A stretch of DNA of 64,000 nucleotides from Tubulanus polymorphus. Taxonomy: Eukaryota > Animalia > Nemertea. Below the pieces are notes generated by a model. It saw nothing but the letters and a program-made list of their open reading frames with translations, was not told where the DNA came from and did no database searches. The number at the start of each line of letters is the position of its first letter. Positions within the stretch are counted from its first letter, which is position 1. Below are positions 55,201 to 64,000 of the stretch, piece after piece. Made by a program: the position numbers and the translations under genes. Location: the NCBI RefSeq assembly GCF_964204645.1, contig NC_134028.1:5952001-6016000 (forward strand), written 5' to 3'.

Positions 55201-58200
55201 GAATCGAATCCATAAATGATGGAAACCATTGCAACTAGATACAATATATGTGAGAATTGTTGAATATGTCTGAATTTACTAGAGCCAGTTCCTCAATCAT
55301 AAAGGCACTTAGTAAAGCCACAGTGGCGGATCCAGAGGGCAGTTGAAACCCCCTTTCTGGCCAAGTGCCCTTTTGAAAATCCGCTTGATATAGGCTTCAT
55401 ATCCCCTGTACTGATCTCGATCTTATGTGCACTAAAATTGGATAAAATGTCTCAAATTTTTAAAAGCCTGACCCCCTGCAGGCACTTCGCACCTTTGGCT
55501 CTCGTCGCAGCTAAAAAAGTATAAGGTGAACCCCCCTTTCTTCCAGCCTGGATCCAGCCCCTGTAAGCCATTGTGGTAATATCTAAGGTGATAAGATCAT
55601 TATTGAATTAAATCCAGTTTGGCTCTATTTTTCCAAAATATAAACTCTGTCTTAGATATAGCTTTGACTGCTATTTCAACTGGCTCAAGGTTTTGCATCG
55701 AGGTGGTATGAATGTTCGGAATTTCAGTTCAGCTTCAAAACTAATGTTTTTTTTGCATAGCGCATAGTTACCCACTTGAAATCAATGCTGTAAACTGTTG
55801 AAATGAATCTCTATCAGGTCACATGAAAAAAAAATTGTTTTTGTAAATGTTGGTTTTGAATTTGGAGCAAGGGGAATCCTCTCCGATATCAAATAGCCGG
55901 TTTAATCGATTCATATGCATTCGTACCTAGGTGTTTTAAGATGAGTCATCACATTTTTATGCACATTCAGCTCATCTGTGATATTAGAATTTGCTAGAAA
56001 TTCATTTTCAAGATCGCTTGTCATTGAGCCACACGCGCGCACCACACATAAATTCAAGCAGTTATTTCGATGTTTTTAGATCAATAAATACCTTACTATG
56101 CAATACTAACATCTACCGTCATAGATATAAGACTCGTGTATAGATTTGTATATGCCCTACGGGTAAAGATCTTCACGCTACTGTGTAATGTAATCGAAAA
56201 GGAAATTTTGCTGAGCTGATCACAAACGTGTTGTTGTTTCGAGCTTCGAACTGAGCAACGATGATGATGATTCCCGGCGCGAACGAATCTAACCCCCCTA
56301 GGACTGGGAGTAGCAGCATTCTCTAATACCAGTACATTGATTCGGTCTAATAGATCGGTAGTTGACATCTAACCCGCTCGATATAAATAATAATGACGGC
56401 GTTACTACGGGGCACGCTAGATTGTCGTTCGGTTCGATCGATATCCGGCCCTTCGGTTGTGGCTACCGGGGGTTAACGTCGGTATCACGATTCTTTTGAT
56501 TCGGTCTATCGGAGGGAATTGGAATTTCTATCAAAGGTATAAGATTTGAAATAAGTTTTGTAGCGCTCATCTAGATCTTATAGTGGTTTTACTTACAAAT
56601 ATTTGTCATTTGCAGACTTTGAGGGAATGCTGGATGCCAAGAGGCTGCAACAAACCCAAGTTTTTAATTCATTGGTTAATTGAATGTATAGATTCAACCA
56701 GCAGAGCTTTTTGATAAACCCAATTGCTCAATAAAGAAAATGTTGCAACCATGTTTTTACGTGCTTAGTTTAAGAACAATTGTGTACTTTTACCTTTGCC
56801 TAAAAAATGTTTTAGATAAAAAATTAGACCCCAATTTAAAAGAATAGAATCGTACTTATACGTCTTGATAGCAGTTTTGTCCGCCGAAGACTTTTAAGGC
56901 GGCCTTAAAAATTCCAATATCAATATGATACCTCTGGGAAGAAAAGTATTTATTAGCGCCGGTGGCAAAAACAGTCTAAATTCATTTGATTAATGGTGAA
57001 AAGCGCTACACAGGTTGAGAGTATAGTTCCACTGCATCGTTTCAAACTCATAAATTATTTCATAGCAGACGGTTTTATTTGTCTCTATATGAGAAAACCT
57101 ATACATGTATGCCCCTCTCTGTAATAAGAGGGACAATTACATTATATGCAAATATAATTTGTTGCTATTTGGAAATGTTGAAACGTTTTCCTTTGTTCCC
57201 ATGTTTTCTAGCTTCAATTTGTCACTAGAAGTACTGGGTGGTGCACTGAGCTGGAAATCTCAGGGAATCCGAAACAAATCTAGAAAAAGTCAGGGAAAAC
57301 TCAAGAGAATTTGACAAATTTTATTTTTATAAAACCTCAGGGAACTTGGATATTCTATTTTCTTTGTCAATATGCGGTTCATGCAAAATTTCTCGGATTT
57401 ACTCGAGGAATTTTGTCTTATAACATGGAAAACTCAAGGAATTTGTAATTTGGCAGAATGTGGCCACCCTGTAGCTGTACTAGACTTGCAAAATTAATGA
57501 GTGAATTTCAAAAAAATTAATGTACCGGTATCTTTGAATTGAAAAAAAAATGTTTCATTTTCTATTTTTCTAGATCCTTCCAACTGCTCAGCGATTATTA
57601 GATGAACTTCTATCTTCCCAACAAAATGCTATTAACACAGTTTGCGGAGCACCAGGTACTGTACCGTATAAACCTGACACCCGAGTGTCCAACAATTATG
57701 TTGAGTGCTTATTTAAATGACAAACATTTCTATGATGCGCTGAAAAAAATAATTTCAAGGCTCATAATAATCAATCGACTCTGACGACAGCACTACCGGG
57801 GCTAATGAGGATACGCTAATGCAAAGCTAGTCTTCCATATTGCGTTGCAATTGATTGAAAATTAATGTCAATCAAAAAAAGAGCTTTACCTGTGTATGAC
57901 TTGTTCATGAAATACTGAGTAAAAAGTTAAATTCTTATGATTTTGATCATCAAGTAATACAACAATAACATATCTGGCAGAACGAGTCCCCAATAAAATG
58001 TAAGGAAAATGTTTATTCAGTGATGATGATATTGTTACAGATCCGACTGCTGGTCCGTCTGCTAGCGAACAGACGTGTTGGTGTCTCGATGAGGAAACCC
58101 TTCACGAAAATATCAAGAAAACACTCATTAAGTTCTGCGTACCGTCGCCGATAGTTTTCAGGTAAAAAAAAAGCACAAAAACCGTGATATGTTCATATCT

Positions 58201-61200
58201 ATTCTTATGTGTATTTTTTTGTAACAAGAAAACTAATTCTATAGTTTATTGACGTCTTGTAAAATAACACATTGCTTGATATTGTCAGCAATGAATCATC
58301 AGAGAATCGCTACGTTCTATAGAATAAAAAAGGGCCAATAAAGCTACATGTATTTCGTTTTTGAATATATTCAACATTGAATTATATTGAATTGACCGAC
58401 AAACAGTCTAGCCCCAATATTGATTGCTAGTGCACATCCACTCACCCAATATCCTATCCACCATATCCTATATTTATTATTAAAAACTCATAAGACAGAA
58501 GATGAAATTGATGATGTAGTGCACATTGACTCTCAGAGAAACCCATAATTATAGCCTAATGCAGAGTAGATATAGAAACATTTTTGTAAAGGTTTTTACA
58601 ACGCAAAAAAGAATTAATCTAGAAAAAGTTTGTACCTTCCAAAATGACTTGAGGAAGCCATCTTATTTTATATACCTGTAGATTGTATTCCATATTGAAT
58701 ATTTCATTAGAACTTAATTGACTTATTAATACATTTCAGCGATGTGAACTATCTATCATCGACAGCGCCCCCTGCTGCTTCAGAATGGCAGAGTCTGCTG
58801 CGTCCGCTCCGCGGCCGCGAACCGGAGGGCATGTGGAACCTGTTGTCGATCATACGCGAGTTGTTCCGTCGCCGCGACAGCAACGCCATTCCGCTGCTCG
58901 AAATCCTCACCGACGAGGTGTTATCGTGCGAACAACTTTTGCTGTGGTGGTTCAACACGAAAATCTCCGCCGCGCACAATTCGTCGAGCGGCCACAACAA
59001 CCGTAACAGCAACAACGGCACGAGTTCGTCGCAGCACGCCGCGTCGAGTTTATGCGACGAGATCGTTAGTTTATGGCGTCTGGCGGCGTTGAATCCGGCG
59101 TTGTCGCCGATTCAACGCGACGACCTGGTCGTCATGCTCAAAGACTGGCATATCATCATCATCGACAAAGTTCGCAAGGCGAAAAACAACAGCATCCCGA
59201 ACGGCGGCAACGCCGTCAAGAAATCCGACATCGAGATTTTCCCCGGGTTCAAGCCGTCGATCGAAGCGTGTCAACTCGACTGGTCGAATTACAAAATCGC
59301 CGGCGTTACGTACGTCGAGAAGACTTGGACACCCGTCTGTATGGGTCAAGATTCCGAGGGTCGCAAGCATAAATCGCGTAATCTAAGCGGGGGTGGCGAT
59401 CTCGGCGGTACAGGGTTAATTACTCGCACGAGTAACAAGCCTGTCGACTCGACGCGTAAGTTACTAACTCAGGTCAATTCGACCGATACTCAAACCGACG
59501 GCGGACTGAGTTCGAGTTCGGAAGGATTTTGCGAGAATTTCAAAGATTACAAAGCGGATGCTTCTTCGACCGCCGCGGGACAACGGCGAGATTCCGATTC
59601 GAGTTTTGTCGATGAAGCCACCGGCGGCGATGACAAAAATAAAAATTCATCTGAAACGCAGCCGAAAGTGAGTTCGGTAGTCGTTTCGGTCGGTCGCGGT
59701 GACACGACGACGGGACTGGTCGCGACAGTCGCGTCGAGCGATGCCGACACGCAGGCCTCAGGCGCGGTCGGTCCGGCCGTCGCAGTCGTCGTAGCGAATA
59801 CATCTCCGAAAAAGAACACGTCTTCCGGTCACGGCGGCGCCGCTGCGGATAACTCGGAGTCGCAACAATCGAGCGACGAGTACCAGGTTTATTATTACGA
59901 CCCGAAGGCGAAACTCGGCGCGGATTCCGGCGACAAGAAGAAAAAGAGCGACGAGCCGAATTATTTCGCCGGAATTAAGCGAATGGAAAACAAACAAGAG
60001 GTCGGTTTACGAATTATTGGGAAATAGTTAATTGAATCGAATTGGAACTTATTATGACAAAAGAAAAGCACAGATAAGAATTACAAGTACTCAAATATAG
60101 ATTAATATAGATAAATTTACAAAAATGTGTCAAGGATTTATGATCAGAAAAATCTACAAATTGGGAAAACTCAAGGAATTTGACAAATTTTCCCAAATCC
60201 TGGAAAACTTGGAATTTGGATATTTTATGACCACATGTTTCTTTGTCACACATGACTCAATGAAAAATGAGTGAATTGAAACATTTCACAAACTTAGAAA
60301 TTTCTCTAATTCACTCAGTGAATTTTGTTTTATCACCTGAAAAAAACAGGGAAGGCTTTGCTTTGTAAATGGATGGAAAGTGGCCACCCTGCATATAAAG
60401 TGTAGAAAGAATCCTCATATTAAGGAAGGTTTCGATAAAGATTAAGGTTTCTTCAGGTGTTAAACATTTGGTTGATGATTTCAGATTTTGTTTGCTCGCG
60501 CAGAAGCTTTACACGCTCACGGACATACGAGAGAAGCATGTCGACTCGCTCAACAGTTAGCTGAAGAAATGCTAGCGAATCCACCAGATCTCACTATTGA
60601 ACCTCTACCCAGTACTGGCAAAAGTATGCGCGCTTCTAAAAATTTGCACCCTGAAACCAAGTTCATTAGCCTAATTTAAGCATCATGCGTTTCTTTGTAT
60701 TTCTTTTTTGTAGGTAAGAAAAAGAAACATCAGAACAATACGAGTTCGTTTGCCAGCACGACTTTGGCAAAAGCAGCGTTTTTGTGCAACGTTCTTCTCG
60801 AAGACCCTGATTGCCATCATCTGGCGTTTAAAGTTGGAATGTTCGGACTTGAAATGCCGAGACAACCGGCGTCGAGCAAAGCTCTTGAGGTACGTAAGGG
60901 AGTGTAAACTAGGTTTTATTATGAATACCGGGTAATCAATTGCTGAAAACTTTTTTATGGTGTTGATGTATTTGTTAATTATAGTGAGCAAATAATGAAT
61001 GTTTGACTTACTGTAACAACAAAAAAATATCTGGAAAATGTAGTTGAGATTGGCTTGGACATTATCTCAACATAGATATATTCAAATGAAATAAAGGGTA
61101 AAACATAAAAGATTTTCACATTCCTAACCAAATTTTTGTTTGCATAGGTAAAATTGGCAAATCAAGAAGCCGAACTTACTATCTTATTGAAGAAGATTCC

Positions 61201-63747
61201 ATTGGGTCTGGCGGAGTTGAACGTAATCCGAGAACGAGCTGAACAGCTACGAGATGGTAAACTACGCTCGCGGGGCGAAGCTCTTCTACCCCTGACTCTG
61301 GCTAGTTTTATATTCGATTCGCTATGTTTGCCAGGTTAGTGTATCTTAATTTAGTCCCTCAACAGGTATTGAAGAATCTTACTGAAGCCATCATCAGATG
61401 GAGGAAATTTTACCTGTTCCACTTAATCTGCCAGCTGAGGTGAATCTACAGATTATTCGCGCAATATAGATCACATTCTGTATAATGGTTGATAATCTAT
61501 TGCAGCAAATCCAGTTACGAACTCAAATAGTCGTCCGCCTAGTCGTAGTGTTCAGATCACTGCTAGACTCACCACTGATGAAAAGCTCGGTTTTGAGGCT
61601 GCAGTCGCTGCTTTAGGTAAGTTCAAATGGTTTTGATTAGAATCGGGCATCGGGCTTGGTTCCACATACCAGATTTGGCTTTAAAAATGAGTTTTAACTT
61701 GAAGAAACCACTAACCTTGGTTATAAGATTATTGTTGGTCTCGTCTTATGATTCTCAATCGTCAAACCATCGCCTGAATAAAGCAGAAATAATATTTGAC
61801 ATTTCAGGATTGAAGGCCAATGTATCAGAGGCTGATCATCCTCTGCTGTGTGAGGGCACTAGACGTCAGAGAGGTGAACTGGCTATTGCTATGTTGTTCC
61901 ATTACAAAGACGACCAACCAAAACTTTCCAAGGTATGAAACACGATCTGGTTCGATCATAATACCAATCAGAATTATCAAATGATTCGGTATTCAATTAA
62001 ATAATTCATTTTCTTCGCTTGAAGATCATGGATAAAGTTTTGGACCCGGAAATTCATCAGCTCTACAAAGCGCAGGCAGCGAGTTTGATACGTAGTTATA
62101 TGATGGGAGCCAGACCGAGTCAGGTTCACCAGGACAACCATCACCACGGTAATAGTAACAATAGCCATACTACAGCGGCGACTGTCAGCATCGAAACCGG
62201 TATTCGTAAGGAGCATAAAATTGAAACGGCGAAAACTGAAGCTGAAAACCAGTCAAATACGACTACTGATTCTCGGTAAGTATGCTTTCTAAACGACCCC
62301 TTGATTCCTTAAAACCTTCTAAATGGACAATGCTTTTAAAAGTGTGTGAAACTCTTTTAATTTATCAAAATGCCTGAAGCTCCTTCAATTTTGAGAAATA
62401 GGTGATTAGAAATTTTGTCTAGTTTGTAGTTGTATAGTAAACTATACCTAAATTGGTACAGTTGGGATTTGTTTTTACCCTATTGGGCGGTTACCAAATT
62501 AGAAACCAAGTTAAGGTAGTCTTGAGGATAAAAATTTGCTCGCCGTACAAAACCCCGAAATTAATTGTTTACCGAGATAAACAGTACCAATTTAGGAGGG
62601 GTCTACAGTAATTGCAATGCAGACACTTCCTCGAAATTTGAAACTTTCTAATGTATTTCAAACATGTTTATTTTAGTTCGAAGGCTGCTGAATTGTCCGC
62701 TTGTCAGAATACTGCCACGCCTGGTTCGAATTGGCAGACGGTCACTGTTACGAACGGCGTCCAAAATCTAGAATACCTGAATTTAGAGCAGAAATTCACT
62801 CAATTGAGCACCCACGCTACCAACGGTGGAGCGCGTCCTAAAGCTACATCAGGAATCTACAACAGGTAGTATATACAAAATCTGTCCCCAGGGTATGGAG
62901 AAAAATGTGTTTGTATTGTGATTAATTGAGATATCTTCTATTTTTGTAGCAATAGGGACACGGATAGTTCAGCTTTGGAAGATGACGGTGAAGGTAGTGG
63001 GGACTATAAAGCTTGGGAGGCCAAGTTCAGATGTACAAATCTAAAAACATTCAAGAAATCATCCGGAGGTGAGTTCACTTAATAGTTATTTCTAATACGG
63101 TACAGCTTAGAATTACTTACTCTCGATCGGAACATGTTTGAAAGGATAGGATATTTATTTTTTTAAGTGCACTATATAATTATGAAGGATCCAGTGTTGT
63201 CTAGCCGGCTGTACTTAGTACAAAGGCACTGAACCCTGTGCATGGTGCAAACGGGTGCAAGATGCATGAACAATTGATGATAAAGCCGATGAAACAATGT
63301 ACACTGTTCATGATTTGATTTATTTACAAACACTAATCAATTTGTATTTTAAACATGAACAAAATTACGAGAATTGTTAATCGATTTTTAGTTAGTTTTT
63401 TGTTGAACTGTAATGCTAGGTGTTTGGGTATATTATCGTTGCTTTATCGTGAAACTGTATTGTCTATTTCCAGGAATGGCCAGCATCGACAGCAGCGCGC
63501 CGGAGACGACGTCTAGCGACAATTCACCGACGCTTGTTCGTCGTAATAAAAGCAAACACCAGGGTCCGGGAAGCGATTGTAGCAGTAGCGGTAAGAGTAG
63601 CGATTCACTCGGCTCGAGCAGCTCGGGCGATAAGGGCGCCGCTAGTAAAATACGAGATAACGAAAGCCCGATCGGGCCGTTCGTGACCGGTCGAATGAAC
63701 GTGCTCGATCCACGCACGCCGGGTATGGCCTGTCTGAAAGGTGGAAG
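52273..63747 (+). CDS. ZSWIM8: Zinc finger SWIM domain-containing protein 8 (EBAX-1/Dora), 3' partial
   Basis: Exons 52273-52453, 52773-52926, 53341-53435, 54170-54345, 54998-55105, 57574-57655, 58041-58161, 58740-60000, 60485-60623, 60714-60889, 61148-61334, 61506-61616, 61808-61932, 62025-62275, 62677-62865, 62950-63068, 63474-63747. DRFSFEDSDRFEEDSLCSWISEPESLCNNWRGW, SWIM CxCxC..WCAH, IDSSAPETTSSDNSP. Continues past the window. Confidence 0.96.
54366..54718. mobile_element. Decayed fold-back MITE with 7-bp target duplication
   Basis: CATCAAT on both flanks; imperfect inverted arms (AAGCGAACGGGAAG/CTTCCCTTTCGCTT; TCAGCGCC..GTGGCGATAAGCAATAG/CTATTGTTTATCGCCAC..GGCGCTGA). Confidence 0.7.
55321..55563. 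mobile_element. CAG(T/G)GGCGGATCCAG-type non-autonomous DNA element
   Basis: Termini CAGTGGCGGATCCAG / CTGGATCCAGCCCCTG; related ends at about 13230, 24830-25089, 36400 and 39060-39240. Confidence 0.65.
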
Positions 63748-64000
63748 GTATGTATCGGTCGGGACCCTGGGGCAAATGACCGATTCCTATAAATGAGCTT
63801 ATCTCCTCAGTCCTGAGCTAGGTCTGGTCAGTGTCTTAGTCTTAATGTAACTGGATCCAGTTTTCCTAGAGCTAATATTTAGTAACGAACTGACATTTGG
63901 TTGCTTAAGTCTGTAAACAGTCAATAAATCATGATAAGAAAGGTTTAAACACCAACCCTTTGAAACCCGCCCAAGTTGAATTTGTAATAGTAATTCAATT

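Noticed and set aside
56280-56400. Telomerase RNA template (CTAACCC twice)
   Set aside because: Only single repeat units; no CTAACCCTAA template with alignment region.
58749-59997. Multiple antisense and overlapping ORFs over ZSWIM8 exon 8 (similarly over the large PIDD1-like exon)
   Set aside because: Shadow ORFs caused by GC/CpG-rich codon usage.
61366-61480. snoRNA or poison exon in a ZSWIM8 intron
   Set aside because: No H box between hairpins; the exon model needs an implausible ~31-nt upstream intron.

Overview
Gene-dense eukaryotic (invertebrate animal, probably lophotrochozoan-like; inference) genomic DNA with GT-AG introns, AT-rich introns full of MITEs and CpG-rich large exons. 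Nine protein-coding genes were reconstructed by hand from splice sites and reading-frame phase: an SLC16/MCT transporter (+), MOSMO (+), an intronless C1orf74/DUF4504 homolog 165 nt behind MOSMO (+), ENKD1 (-) and a C2orf81 homolog (+) head-to-head around RFX X-boxes, MCU (-), a PIDD1-like LRR-ZU5-ZU5-UPA protein with two HFS autoproteolysis motifs and two predicted death domains (-), RPS14 (-), and ZSWIM8 (+, running off the window). Most notable: the double-death-domain PIDD1-like gene, a possible MOSMO-C1orf74 dicistronic or trans-spliced unit, a Penelope-type minimal hammerhead ribozyme inverted pair in a MOSMO intron, and a structured candidate poison/terminal exon in ZSWIM8 intron 5. Gene names come from recalled homology, not database searches.
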